63,261 nucleotides of DNA, filler included, from Octopus bimaculoides (GCF_001194135.2; 5 parts of 4 records of this genome joined end to end with filler, not necessarily neighbours in it), one strand, 5' to 3'. Counted from the whole stretch's first letter, positions 23,331 through 37,680 are shown. Numbers and translations: made by a program. Notes: generated by a model not told the origin, from the sequence alone.

Positions 23331-24160
23331 GGCAAAACACCCCTGAAAAAGCTTATAAACAAATGACGAGAAACCGCTCCATGGTCAGTGTCCCAAACGA
23401 ACAAGGGAAGCAAATATAGAGAAAGATAGAATACATTAGTGATTGCGCAATTCAGGTCTAAAAGTAGAAGCTGAAGGTTTCATAATGGCAGCTCAGGATC
23501 AATCTTTACTCATAGGAAATTACAAAGCAAACGTTACTGTAGACTTTGTAATTATATTGTTGAAATCATCGGCCACATTGTGGCTGGCTGCCCTAAATTC
23601 GCAACCCAACTACAAAATTGGTACAAAACAAGACATGGCCGAACAGGGAGGGCAGTACCCATATTGAAACACTATGTCATGACATTCCCTTTCCTAAAAA
23701 CTGGTATGAACACCATCCCTAATCAACCAAAGAGGGTAATCGCTTCACCATCTATACTGTGGGACTTCACTATTTATACTGTCAGGCAAATATATGTCAA
23801 TAGACCTGATATTATTATCAAAGATCATCGACATGGCTGTACCAGCTGATCGAAATATCTCAGTCAAAGAATTCAAAAAGTTACCTAAATACAAGGCCCT
23901 AGAGACAGAGATCAGTAGAATTTGGAATTTGAAAACACTTATTCTAACGGCAGTGGTAGGAGCATTTTGCATGGTTAAAAAAAAGGCCTTCAATCTTCAT
24001 TGATAAAATACCTGGAATACCAAATATACACGATGTCTGAAAGATAGCGCTAGCCTTAACTGCCCATCTCTCGAAAAATTCTTATCATTATTACATAGGT
24101 ACTAGACCAAGGTCTCAGACAGGGACCCGCCTAGTAAGTAAAATGCTACGAAATCATACT
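22860..24160 (+). mobile_element. Decayed R4/Dong-clade non-LTR retrotransposon, 3' part (post-RT, RLE endonuclease)
   Basis: LKVEAEGFIMAAQDQSL, ILWDFTIYTVRQIYVNRPDIIIKD, IDMAVPADRNISVKEFKKLPKYKALETEISRIWNLKT (PD..E/D-type RLE). Frameshifted; ends in (AAT)n. Confidence 0.85.
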
Positions 24161-24214
24161 AATATATAAAATATAATAATAATAATGTTGATAATGATGA
24201 GGATGATGTTGATG

Positions 24215-24588
24215 ACTCTTTTACTCTTTTACTTGTTTCAGTCATTTGACTGCGGCCATGCTGGAGCACCGCCTTTAGTCGAGAAAATCGACCCCAGGAC
24301 TTATTCTTTGTAAGCCTAGTACTTATTCTATCGGTCTCTTTTTGCCGAACCGCTAAGTTACGGGGACGTAAACACACCAGCATCGTTTGTCAAGCAATAC
24401 TAGGGGGACAAACACAGACACACAAACACACACACATATATATACACACATATACGACGGACTTCTTTCAGTTTCCGTCTACCAAATCCACTCACAAGGC
24501 TTTGGTCGGCCCGAGGCTATAGTAGAAGACACTTGCCCAAGGTGCCACGCAGTGGGGACTGAACCCGGAACCATGTGGTTGGTAAGCA
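24215..24588 (-). mobile_element. SINE family A copy
   Basis: Near-identical to 3055-3420. Confidence 0.85.
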
Positions 24589-24779
24589 GGCTTAAAAATA
24601 CTTGATTATACTGAAGCAAATTGTATAATGTTCAGCGCCTGATGAGGTTTGTCTACATTTACACGGATTATTAGAAAAATCCGGATATAACACTTTAGGT
24701 GGGTGGTATCAAAAAAAAAAACGACTCTGAATAAACCTCATAAATCAAAGATACAACAGGATTTTGATATTCATGCAGA

Positions 24780-25010
24780 ATAATTAAACACCGAAGATGA
24801 GATAATATCATGCATGGCATGGGCGAAGAAAAGAGAGTACTTTATGACTGAAGTTCCAGTTGTTTCTAATGAAAAGTTGCAGACAATGCAGTTGAAAAGC
24901 TCGTAAACTTTATTGGATTAAAAATAGAAATATCAAGAACGTGGATACGCCCAGCCGCAAATTCAAGTCGTACCAGTTATCACCGAAGCATCAAAGTTAA
25001 TTTCCCCGCC
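24780..25010 (+). mobile_element. R4/Dong RLE-domain remnant
   Basis: Broken frames resembling 'C.I.DVAVP...LKIEISR.W...IQVVPVITEA'. Confidence 0.45.
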
Positions 25011-25159
25011 AAACCTAGAACGGCTGGACATCATCACAGACATGCGCAGGCGCCCCAAATCCTCCCTCTTTGTAATAGTTCATATTATTAGAGAGGGACT
25101 TTCTGCTTAAGTGGACCTTTGTTAAGGTTTTGTAGATAGATTGAAGAAAAAAACGACAT

Positions 25160-25523
25160 TAGTATTATTATTATTTTATGTTTGACTTTTGTTTTGCATT
25201 TGTACAAGTTGGATCCAAGTCTCACCCAGAGACCTCAAGAGACAACAATTTAGAAGTTCATGTAGGTGTTATGCCTAGGGTACCATATATTTGTATTTGT
25301 ACAGTTTTGTTCAAGTGAATGTTTAAGAAACCATAAGAAAATTATGTGTTTGCTTTAAAATTTGAGATCACATAGACAGTATTTTACGTAGGATATGGGC
25401 AGTTCCCATGAGCACTATTTTTTGAACTTCAGCCATTTTGGGGTTTCCTGGAATCTGATCTAGGTAGTAATCAGCCCGTTTCGCTGTCATTCCCAGGGCA
25501 CCTATGACAATAGGTATTGTTTT
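25160..25523 (-). mobile_element. R4/Dong 3' terminus with 3' UTR and (AAT)n tail
   Basis: TIPIVIGALGMTAKRADYYLDQIPGNPKMAEVQKIVLMGTAHILRKILSM*, then a UTR ending aaataataataat. Confidence 0.85.
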
Positions 25524-27104
25524 NNNNNNNNNNNNNNNNNNNNNNNNNNNNNNNNNNNNNNNNNNNNTTAATTAATTAANNNNNNNNNNNNNNNNNNNNN
25601 NNNNNNNNNNNNNNNNNNNNNNNTTGAAGAAGATTTGAAAGTGCACATTCTCAAAAAATATCCTGAATGTACCCCACTTTCACTTCTCAGAATGTATGAG
25701 GAGAAATATGTTTGCGGGTTATTGACATCACGCCCTGGAGGAATGAATAAGATGACAGGAGAATATCATCAAATTTATACAAAACTGTTTGATTGAATAT
25801 TCTTCTTTCTCTCTTTTTCTGTCGTCTTCCTTTTTCTTTCTTTCTTTCTGCTTATTAAAAAACTGACAAAAGCTGATGATGTCATTCTATCAACGTATGG
25901 ACGCTGATTACTCACGTTCATAGTTTACGTTTGGTTTCTGAAATTTTGAATTTTCAATCACCTTTTGGTTTGAACTTGAGAAAGACAGACGTTCTGTCGA
26001 AATGTTGTTCAAAAAATAAAACATCTAAAATCGCGCTCTTCGTTTTGACTATTTACCTTCGTGAAGAGTTACATCAATCCTTTTTTTTAAATGCTAATAA
26101 GATTAATAATAATAATCCTTTCTACTATAGGCAAAAGGCCTGAAGTTTTGGTGGTAAGGTCTAATCTATTACATCAACCCCAGTGCTCATTTGGTGCTTA
26201 TTCCCTCAATCCCGAAAGGTAAAAAACAGGCAAAGTTGACCTCAATGGAATTTGAATTTGAATATAAATCTGGAAGAAATGTCACTATGCATTTTTGTCC
26301 AGAGGGCTAATGATTCTGCCAACTCGCTGCTTTAATAATAAAAATAAAAATAATAATAATAATTCTTTCTAATTTTGGCACAAGACCAATAATTTTGAGG
26401 AGGTGGGGAAGTTAATTGCATTGAGTTCAGTACTTGATAGAAACTTTATTTTATTGGTCCTGTAAAAACTAACACTTCCTTTTTTTGATTTGAGATTCGA
26501 AGCTGAATCTAAGGATTCTTGCTCGTCTGATCCACCACTGGCCAAACAGGCATGAAAGAAATTTCTTTGTCCTGTCAAAAAGTGATGGATGGATTTCCCT
26601 TTGACCTCTGGCCTGAGCTGTGTCATTGATAGCTCAAGTGGACTGGAGGCGACCTACATAGGTAGAAATTATTCCTGTGGTATGTCTGTCATTCTAACTG
26701 GGATGACCATTATAAATACAGTCAGACACATGACAGATAATCAGACAGCCAGCAAGAGGCAAACGGTCGACAGACAACAGTTACCTTACACCAGTCAAGC
26801 AGCCAACACAGAACCACATATTCAGCATGAACAACCCAATACAGTAGCAGTTGCAGAACATAAACAGACACGACTGAATGACCAAAGCACACACAGACAC
26901 AAAACATGCCCAGTTCTACCTCATCACATCAACACAGTATTTCTCCTGTTTATTTTTTAATTCGCCAACTCAAAGCAAGTTGGTAATGTCATGTAGCAGA
27001 TTTCCTTGTGCATACAACACATAAATGCAAGTGTTGATTAAATAAATTATTTAAACCACAATCTGATGCTTTCCCACTGTTTTACTTTGATGTCGTCCAC
27101 ATAC

Positions 27105-27182
27105 CTATTTCATCTGCTACCTCGACATCTTTTGCTACACATCCTGCTACAGTCCCAAAAGGATGCAAGGCAGAATTACCAA
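27105..27182 (-). CDS. Candidate upstream exon of the thrombospondin-like gene
   Basis: tttttaccatcattttcag|tt...ATAG|gtatgt. 78 nt, phase 1/1, open: GNSALHPFGTVAGCVAKDVEVADEI; would join in frame to VRKRNTG. No homology recognised. Confidence 0.35.
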
Positions 27183-27634
27183 CTGAAAATGATGGTAAAA
27201 ACATACACCAGAAGAGGTCTTCAAGAATAGCAAAACTACTATGTCAATACACACTGAGAAAGATTTCAAGGCTATTTGACTATGAAGGACAAAGTTGACC
27301 TCAGTTGGATTTGAACTCAAAACATAATGATCCAGAAGAACAAATGCCACAAGGCATTTTTTTCTGACTCTCTGTTATTCTGCTTCTCTACAATAATAAT
27401 AACAGCAAAATAATTATTTCTGATTTAACATCAAAGATAATAATCATAATCCTTTCTACTATAGGCACAAGGCCTGAAATTTGAGTTTGGTTTTTGACTG
27501 TTACTTATTTTACCAACCTGAAAATGAAAGGCAAATCCAACCTTGGGGGAATTTGAGCTCAGAACAAAAAGACAGACAAAATATCACTAAGCATTTTCCA
27601 CAGCTTGCAAATGATTCTGCCAACTCACTGCCTA

Positions 27635-27680
<46 letters not shown>

Positions 27681-27701
27681 GTAATAGTAGTAGTAGTAGT
27701 A

Positions 27702-27801
<100 letters not shown>

Positions 27802-27843
27802 TAATAATGATAATAATAATAGTAATAATAATAATGATGAAAG

Positions 27844-28050
27844 TTTGCTTGTCAGTTGTTTGACCTTAACCAGTTGAGCATGTCCCTTAGTGGCTGACGA
27901 TATGTGCATCTCTCATCATGAGCAGAGGTAGTGGGGTGCATCATAACCATGTGTTGAAAGGAATTATTTGGGGTTTGGATAATTCGCTTTTGGAAACATG
28001 GGTGTTTTGTTCAACATCCTTAAACAACCCTTATTCAGGGACCTACGCAA
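27844..28050. repeat. Unclassified interspersed repeat; second piece at about 29190-29335
   Basis: tttgcttgtcagttgtttgaccttaaccagttgagcatgtccc is shared at about 27844 and 29291. Confidence 0.6.
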
Positions 28051-28990
28051 GCTTGACCTTCTTAGTTCCAATAATGGTTCTGTGGCATTTTTTACATACC
28101 ATGCTATGTCGTTTTCTTCTGCTCTAATGCTGTGTTCACATCCAATCAGTCCTCTTCCCCTTCTTTTTCTTGCTATATACAGTCTGTCTGCATCACTTTT
28201 GGGGGTGGAATATCCCATATCTAGTTAGCAACTTCCTTGTCTTTCTGTCTAAGCTGTTTAGTTCGTCTATTATCCATGCAATTACTCCTGCTCCATATCT
28301 AAGGAGTCAAACCACCCAGGTGTTGATAGCTTCAATCTTATTCCATCCGTTTAATTTTGACTTAAGGATCAGTCTCAGTCTTCGCAAGTACTCCACCTTA
28401 AACTTTTCCGTCATTTCTTTCTCCATCAATTTATCCATTTCCAAAATCTCCAAGTACTTATAGCCTGTCTCTTCTATTTGCTTCATAACCTTGCCCGACT
28501 GTATCAATAGCCCACCCATACATTTGATTTTGCCTCTCTTCAAGACTAACACACTACACTTTTTCAGTCTGCACTCCATTCTGATATCAACACTGATAGT
28601 ATACACCATATCAACGAGGGAACTGACTTGAGATTCATCTTTACCATAAAGTTTGTGATCATCCATGAATAACAAGTGGTTGACTTTTTGTTGGTGGCTT
28701 TTGAATACACACTCAGCCTTTGCTTTTCTCAGAATCAGTGTTAGTGGTATCATGCACAGTACAAAGATCAGTGGGGACAGGAGTCCCCTTGGAAGATGTC
28801 TCTCCTTATTTCTATTTCTTCACCATAGTTTTTCCAAGCAATCGTTCAACATTCAATAGGTTCATACATTCCATAATCCAAGAATGTGGGATCATATCGT
28901 ACACCTTACTATAATCGATCCATGACATTGCTAAGTTAGTTTTCCTCCTCTTGCAGTCTCTGAGTACAGTTTTGTCTACCAAGAGTTGAT
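28050..28990 (-). mobile_element. R4/Dong reverse-transcriptase fragment (frameshifted)
   Basis: [30 protein letters not shown] (YMDD equivalent), YKYLEILE, KLNGWNKIEAINTW, DRLYIARKRRGRGLI. Confidence 0.9.
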
Positions 28991-29123
28991 CTTTGGTACC
29001 TTTGCACTTACACTTGCAACCCTTCTGCTCATGTGGCAGGACCCCATTTTTTCCCAGATTATTATTATTATTATTATTATTATTGAGTGTAGAGCAGTGC
29101 CTGCCATCACTGCTCTCTCACTC

Positions 29124-29187
<64 letters not shown>

Positions 29188-31021
29188 GTACTGGCTCTCA
29201 TAGCTTCTGATCTTAACTGACTAGAAGTGTAAATGTTTTGTCTTGGTATAAAAAATGGACTATACCAAATACTTTGCTCAGTACCACAGATTTGCTTGTC
29301 AGTTGTTTGACCTTAACCAGTTGAGCATGTCCCACTCAGTAGTGCAGTAAAAGCACATGATAGAAAATAATTATAATAAAAATAATAATATGACAACAGT
29401 GTTGATGATGATCATGAGGATAATAGTAACATTCACAATTTCTAATGTAAAGACTAATGATTTCTAACAAGATGTTTACCCATGATGACTTGCATTGGGA
29501 TCAAACCTTGGACCTTATGATAGTGAAATAAACTTCTGTATCACTAGGTCAATACTTTCTTGTATTTTGCTGCAAGACCCATTCATACCTACACAAATGC
29601 TTTACAAATGGGAATTACATATAAATGGGGATGGACATATTATCATCATACATCTTTCTATGCTTTTATAGGTTGGATGGGTTATCAATTGTAAAAATAT
29701 ATAGAAATATATGTCACTTAATCAAGAGGAAAGATGATGCTCATGATTTCTTACGGGGCCTCTGAAACTAGTGGGAGGGAAGAAAAGAGATAGCTTCAAA
29801 CTATACATCTGATCCAAATACTTGAAACAGAGAAGATACTATTAAAGGCAATTAAAGATTGGTAGTGAGGTAAAGTTACAGATTAAATCAATCATCCAAT
29901 TAGGCCATAGTGAAGTTTGAACTCAGAATGCAAAACCTGGAACAAATACTGAATGTAAAAGCTGGAACAAATACACACCCAACCTGATGCACTAGCATTT
30001 CTGCCAGTCATTCTCCCTAAACTGATATTTTATTCATTGAGACCAAAAAGACGAAAGGCAAGCTGATCTTAAATACCACAAAGCATTTTATCTGATGTTC
30101 TAATATCTGTCACTTCATCTCACCTTCAGTCATTTTTCTTCTTCTATTTGCCTTTCTTTTACCATCTCTCACCTGATTACTTTCTCTTTTTTCTTCATCT
30201 CAAGATATGCAAACTCATGTTGTCTTGTGCTCCTGAACAGTTGCAACCAGTCATTCAAACAAAGATGTAAATCTCTGCTGTTTTTCCTTTTCCACCTCTT
30301 ATCTTAACACTGAAGAAGGAATCTCTCAGAAACATTGTATAATCACTTCCCATGGCAATTTCACAGTACGCTTTCTGTCATTCTACTAAATAGTGAGTTT
30401 TGGCGATGCAGTTGACCACCAGTCTCTTTAGATTCTGTTATAACTTATATACAAATATTTAATACATATTTACATATATGATACATACTTAGCAATGTCA
30501 TCTCTGTTTTTGTACGATTTTCATCTGCTATTGTTATATCTCCATGCTTTTTAACACTACACACCCATAAGAGATGCTTTCATCAGACCAATACCACAGT
30601 CTAGCAGGTTTTCAGTTATATATCTGCTTCAAGTATTATATACAAACTGCTATTTTGAATTAATACTACTTTCATTACTAATAATATATAACCTATCCAT
30701 CAATTTATCTATCTATTTATCTATCTATACACACACATGCACATGTACACACAAACACACACACAGATATACGTGTGTAATATACATATGTAAATATTCA
30801 ACCCATGCCAGTATGGAACATGGATGCTAAATGACCACTCTCTATCACTGCATTTCCATTTACATCAATCTCTTGCTCTCTTTCTCATACCTTCTCTCTC
30901 TACTTTTCCTGACTACCTCTAAGTCCCTCTCTCTTATCCTAGTTTTTCTCTCTCAATTTCTTCATCTCCATTCATGTTTCTCTATCTCTCCTCTCTCTGC
31001 TTTTCTTGACTACTTTTACAT

Positions 31022-31071
<50 letters not shown>

Positions 31072-31144
31072 TCTCTCTCTAACCCTTTCTCTGCATATCT
31101 ATCTCTATTTTTTCCTGCCCTCTTTCCCTCCCTATCTCAGCAAC

Positions 31145-32800
31145 ATGGACCTCAGCTACACCAAAGACAGCGTTGTCTTTAAAATACAAAGAAACTGGAA
31201 GTTTGAAGAAATGAAAACAATGCTCCATGCAGGGAACTTAGCAGGAGGATCACCACCAAATGCTCCAATTGTGGAGACCTTGAAGAGTTTTGGTTTTCAT
31301 CAAATCATAGCTCAAATCAAAAGGAAAAAGAATAAATTCATTTGTTTGTATGTCTTGATTAAACTGCACATTGAGTAATTAGACAATATGAGTGGTACTT
31401 GTCTTACTTACCCCAAGGCCAGGGAGAACTGTTCCCAAGAAGACAAATAATTACATCAGAATCAATAAGGACACAAGATCAGGTCACAAATCACAATGCC
31501 TCCTCCTTGGAAATGTGAATGGTGCACATACTGTTCCTAAGAAGAAACAATATGTATACACATTGTGGACAGCAGATGCTGTAGAAAGGATTGTAAGATA
31601 GCTGACCAGACATAAGAAACAACATGCATACACAGTGTGGACAGCAGATGCTAAACAGCTTCTTTTTTGGAAATGGTACAGAGGATTATAAGGTAGCTGA
31701 CCTGGCTTCATCAAACATTGAGTCTGAGAAACACACACCAGCACTCAAGGCTACTGCAAACTGCAAAAGATCCAGTGCAGCCACCTCTGATATTTCTACA
31801 AATGTCAGACAAATGGCCACTATTGATACCCTATATGTCACACCAGTATATCTGCTGAATGTCAGGGGTCTTGTAACATCACACTGATGCAAAACTCCAT
31901 ACTTGAGAGACATAGGAATTTGTAACCAAGCAATAAGCATGGTGCCAACAGAAACACATCTAAATGTAGACATTTCAGATACTGAGATACACACACCAGT
32001 TATGTTGTATTTCAAACTGACAGTGAGTGAACTCATGGTAGAGTTGCAATGTACATCTGGGAAGATGTCATGCCTGTAAGTCCTGTTGTAACATTCAGAC
32101 TCAGTTCATAACACTCTGGCAGTACACATTTGTCCCACCCATGCTATCATGGAAGGTGAACGTTAAACGATGATGATGATGATGATGTACTACATATCTC
32201 CTACCTGATTCTCCAGAAACAGGGGAACTGATTCGAAGAGAACCACAAAAAGATGGAAGACTTATTAACCAACCTTAATGACAGCTTTCACATACTTCTT
32301 CTCGGAGACTTCAGTCTCCATAATGTTAAATGACCTGACTGTCACCTTCTCTTAGGTGTGTCACTGCATGAAGAGACAAGCAGAATCTCTGTTTGACCTC
32401 ACAAACATCCTCACTCATCCATAATGTTAAGGTAACACTGACTATTTTCTCAGACCATAACTTAATAAAACTAACAATGTATGGTCTGCAGAAAACTGCA
32501 GACATGCAGGCTAGTAGAAGCTCCAAACTCTTTTCCAGCCTGAACTTTCATAAAGCAGATTGGACAGGTGTTAGAAAGAGGTCATGGAACAAAACTGGTC
32601 TACAAATCTCTCTACACAAGATATTCTCAAAAAGCTACTGCACTTTATGACAATTATGCATGATGTATGCAGTAAGTTTGCTCCACAAGCAACAAGCATA
32701 CCCACCACATGCTCACTCGTAGTCCTGGATATTATTGTAACATGAACTTTAAAATCTTTGGAATGAAAAGTAAACATAGAAAAATTCAACATTGACGCTT
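31145..32800 (+). mobile_element. Decayed CR1/L2-like LINE: ORF1 remnant plus AP-endonuclease domain
   Basis: YLLNVRGL, TETHLNVDISDTEI, ILLLGDFSLHNV and SDHNLIK are APE motifs with stops and frameshifts. A duplicated Cys/His-rich unit lies at about 31540-31700. Interrupted by a SINE tail at 32134-32186. Confidence 0.7.
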
Positions 32801-33272
32801 AACTATACAGAATCACCAAGCAATACAAAATCACACTATGTATTGTTAAATCCAGTGTTAAGAAAACACAAATAGAAATAAACCAGAACTGAATAATACA
32901 ATCTTAAAATTTACCTACAAATAAAAAAAAACATACAATTGTCAAATGTGCAATGGAATACTTATAAAAGAACAACAAAATAGCCTAAGCTGGACAGGAA
33001 AATATGACTGTAGAGACCATTAGCTCATGCATAAAAGAATATTAGAAGACTACAGGCAGAACCAGAATTACATAATGCCAGCATTATATTCAGGTATTAC
33101 GTAATTTCTTCTGCCTACAGTTTTGCAGTGTGTGTTACATTCATAGATCCTTGAGTCAATAGGGATGTATAAATTATCACCAAGAATTCATGAAAAGTGC
33201 CATCCAAAAATGGAGATCAAATACAATACTAAATCACAAGAAAGATGTCCTACAATCCTCCTCCTCCTCCTA

Positions 33273-33304
<32 letters not shown>

Positions 33305-33821
33305 ACTGCTGCTATTACTACTACTACTACTACTACTACAACGACAACAACTGACACTTGCAAACAAGTATAGCTCAGAAGTATGTTCAATGCTTTAGGT
33401 AATAGTTTTAGATGCCTTTGGAGTAAGTGAACAGACATAACCACACCCTCATCTTTCCCCCTATTCTTGACCCAAGAGAACATCCAGGATGTGATGGCAA
33501 GAGAGAGATAGTTCTGTATCAGAACTAGGCTGATACTCAGTTTTCAGTTGAGTAAATTGGAACAAACTGAAAGAAATGCCTTACTCAAGGACATAACATG
33601 TCATCCAGTCACTGAATCAAACCCAGAGTGTTATGATTGTAAATCTGGTACCCTAGCCATATAAAAATAGGAATATACCAAAGAGTGTCACTTTACCAAC
33701 TTTTAAGTTTTTGAGGTGAGGTATAGTGAGGGTGGTAGTGTATTGTGTTGGATACGTTTTATGTAGGCTTGTGTGGAGAAAGTAGGCTGTTACTAAGTTC
33801 AGAGGAGTAGACACACATGCA

Positions 33822-33875
<54 letters not shown>

Positions 33876-33918
33876 ACCTGTAGATGTAGTGTGTTAGTGA
33901 ACATTATTATGAATGGTT

Positions 33919-34056
33919 CTACCAACCACATGGTTTCGGGTTCAGTCCCACTGCGTGGCATCTTGAGTAAGTGTCTTGTACTATAGTCTCGAGCCGACCA
34001 AAGCTTTGTGAGTGGATTTGGTAGACAAAAACTGAAAGAAGCCCATCGTATATATG

Positions 34057-34091
<35 letters not shown>

Positions 34092-34333
34092 ATGTGTGTT
34101 TATGTGTGCTTATGTGTTTATGTTTATGTGTCTGTGTTTGTCCCCTAGCATTGCTTGACAGCCGATACTGGTGTGTTTAATGTCACCGTCACTTAGCGGT
34201 CCAGCAAAAGAGATGGATAGAATAAGTACTAGCCTTCCAAAGAATAAGTCCTGGGGTCGATTTACTCGACTAAAGGCGGTGCTCCAGCATGGCCACAGTC
34301 AAATGACTGAAACAAGTAAGAGAGTAAAAGAGT
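33919..34333 (+). mobile_element. SINE family A copy (older)
   Basis: Same head, body and (AAAGAGT) tail, with more substitutions. Confidence 0.8.
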
Positions 34334-35068
34334 AGATAACAAGGATGCAACAATCAGCTTCTCTTGATTGATCAACTCACTAAAAGAACAGCAGGAAATA
34401 GTTGTCATAAGCATTTAGCTGCCAGGGAGGACATGTCTGGTCTAAGATAAAGTGTACACTGACTGTCACTACTTTCACTACTCTCACTGAATCACTTCAG
34501 TTTTCCTTTTATATCTTTTGTAATCATATTTCTGTTGAAATACAAAGCCTTTCTTTCAATTAATTTTGAAAATAATGAAGCATTTGATAAAATAACTGTC
34601 ATTATTAAACTGGTATTTGGAGCATAAATTAACATGAAATTTTGATGGAAGATTCTAATTTAGATCACTTTAAAGCAAGAAGTTTTAGTCATAGATCAAG
34701 GGGTGGTCTCAGACAAGTCATTATCAAAAGGGTTAATGTTTTATGTTATACTTACAATTGTACTACAAGTGCCTTCTGTGTACTGGAATTTATCTTCTGT
34801 TTGGTTTCAACTGAATAAGTAGCTTCTATGTGGTAATTCAACCAGCTACAATGAACAATAAATCTCTCTCAAATCAGACACTGTCAGTGTTAAAAAGTGT
34901 GCCTATTTGAAAGCGTAGTCCACAATACACTATGCATGAAAAGAAGATGGGATAGTTATGACTGTAATACCTTTAATCATAGGTTTAATCATAGGCTGAA
35001 ACAACAACTTCCATTGTTCAAGAGGGACATGCACATATATATATTCTTGCACATATGTACATATATAT

Positions 35069-35321
35069 ATATTAATTGAAGTGTACTGTATTATATATCC
35101 ATTATGGCCGATCTTACCAATCAGTTTCACACTAAGGGTTCAACAGAGTCTTTGGTAACAGTCCAATTATATAACCTTGCACTCTTCAGAGATGAACTGC
35201 CATCTCTCAAGAGATGGGTACATAATCAGGCTGTTACCTAACACTCTGTTGAACCCTTAATTCAAAACAGATTGGTAAGATTGACCATAATGGATATAAT
35301 ACTGTACACTTCAATTAATAT
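35069..35321. mobile_element. ~250-bp fold-back element (MITE-like) with ~95-bp inverted arms
   Basis: atattaattgaagtgtactgtattatatatccattatggccgatcttaccaatcag...taagggttcaacagagt...ggtaacag vs its diverged reverse complement at about 35229-35321. Confidence 0.8.
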
Positions 35322-35371
35322 ACTCACTCTATATGAGTGCATTTGTTCCTCACTCATGGATTCTTAGATGG

Positions 35372-35433
<62 letters not shown>

Positions 35434-35759
35434 TTGTAAACCTGTGCATATATTTAAAAATCAATATAGAAACATACAAGTAAACTTACACAACATGTAA
35501 ACATATATATGCATATACACAAGCATGTGCATGCCCCAAAATGTGTAAATGTAAGTAGTTATATTATATCCATTGTGGCAAAATAGCTTATAGATTTAGT
35601 TATAACAATATAGCAGTATTCAAGATGAATGCACACACTTTATATGATGAAGTTAATAGAAATGATGAAGACATTGATAACAATGACAATGGTGATAATG
35701 GTGATGACGATGATGGTGGTGGTGGTGGTGGTGGTGGTGGTGACGATGATGATGACAAC

Positions 35760-35817
<58 letters not shown>

Positions 35818-35843
35818 GTAGTGATGATGATAATGAGGATTTA

Positions 35844-35883
<40 letters not shown>

Positions 35884-36439
35884 ATTATTATTATTATAAT
35901 AATTATTATTATCAATGTAATAAAATGATATTACTATTATGTCCCTTACAGTTCAGAGTATGTCTCATGTTCTGACAATGTCCCTTTATTCTTTGATTTC
36001 AAATTCTTCGAAGGCCGACTTTGCTTTACACCTTTCAAGAAAATTTCATTATGATTATTATAGTTGTTACTTGGTTCTCTTATCTTTCTGTGTTCAATTG
36101 CATTAAGTGTGTCATTGCCTTTTCATTTTACCAAGGCTGATAACATATGTCGTAGTCAAATACTGGTGTCAACTGAATTGACTACATGCTCTTCTCCCAA
36201 AATGTAAGGCCTATGTTTTAGAAAAAAAAAAACACGAAAAAAAAACCTATCATTTGCCTTATTATTATTGATACTCTAGAGTAGTAATTGACAGAATCAT
36301 TTGAAATATGGCTCTTTAAAATTTTACCTTTCATCCTTAATGGTTGTTAAAATAAAATACCAATCATGTACAGGGATTGATAGTATCAACTAACATACTC
36401 CCTTCAAAATTGCTGGCATCTGCCTAAATTAGAAATCAT

Positions 36440-36672
36440 TAGAGCTGGCAGAAACATTAGCATGCTGGGTGAAATGCTTAACGGTATTTCATCTGTCTTT
36501 ACATTCTGTGTTCAAATTCCGCTGATGTCGACTTTGCCTTTCATCCTTTCGGGATCGATAAATTAAGTATCAGTTGCATACTGGGGTCGATCTAATTGAC
36601 TGGCCCCCTCCCCCAAAATTTTGGGCTTTGTGCCTAGAGTAGAAAAGATTATTATTATTATTATTATTATTA

Positions 36673-36704
<32 letters not shown>

Positions 36705-37680
36705 GGCAGAATTGTTAGCGTGCTGGGTGAAATGCTTAGCAGTATTTCATCTGTCTTCACATTTTGAGTTCAAATTCCGCTGTGGTCGACTTTGCCTTTC
36801 ACCCTTTTGGGGTTGATAAAAAAAAGTACCAGTCAAATACTGGGGTCAATGTATTCTGCTGTGGTCGACTTTGCCTTTCATCCTTCTAGGGTTGATGTAA
36901 AAAGTACCAGTCAAATACTGGGGTCAATGTAATCAACTATCTCACCTCCCTCAAAATTTCAGGCCTTGTGCCTGTAATAGAAAGGATGATTATTATTATT
37001 ATCATTTATTATTATTATCATTTATTATTATTATTATTACATACAGATATCAAGGCAGTGAGCTGGCAGAATCAGAAGCACAGTGGAAAAATAAATAGCA
37101 GCGTTTTTTTTTTTTGATCTGTTATAATCTTAGCTCAAATTCTGCCAAGATCAGTTTTGCCTTTCATCCTTTTAGAATCGATAAAATAAATACCAGTTGA
37201 GTACTGGAGTTGATGTAATCAACTGTTCTCCTACCCCTAAAATTACTAGCCTTGTGCCAAAATTTGAAATCAACAGTGTAAATGAGGATGGAACTACAGG
37301 TGACGGACTTTCACCCAGCAGGTGCCCTGTAGGTGAGCAACACAGGCCTGGTCATCATTATATAGCTGCCAGAACAAAATGGACTAATATAATGAATATA
37401 AATACAAATACATTAATATTATTATTATTATTATTATTATCATTATTATTATTATTATGTATACCTGCCAAGGCAGTGAACCTACAGAATCATAAGAGTA
37501 TCAAAAAAGTGCTTTGTATTATTTCTTTTGGCTCTTAATGTTCTGAGTTCAATTTTCTGCAGGGATCATCTTTGCCTTCCTACTTTGGGGTTTGATAAAA
37601 TTATGTACTAGTCAAGTACTGGGGTAATACTCTCCTTTCAAAATTTCTGACCTTATGTTTTAATCGGAAACCATTATTAT
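36440..37680 (+). mobile_element. Head-to-tail cluster of at least four SINE family B copies separated by (ATT)n
   Basis: Copies at about 36440-36650, 36704-36990 (with an internal ~77-bp duplication), 37050-37270 and 37480-37680. Confidence 0.8.
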
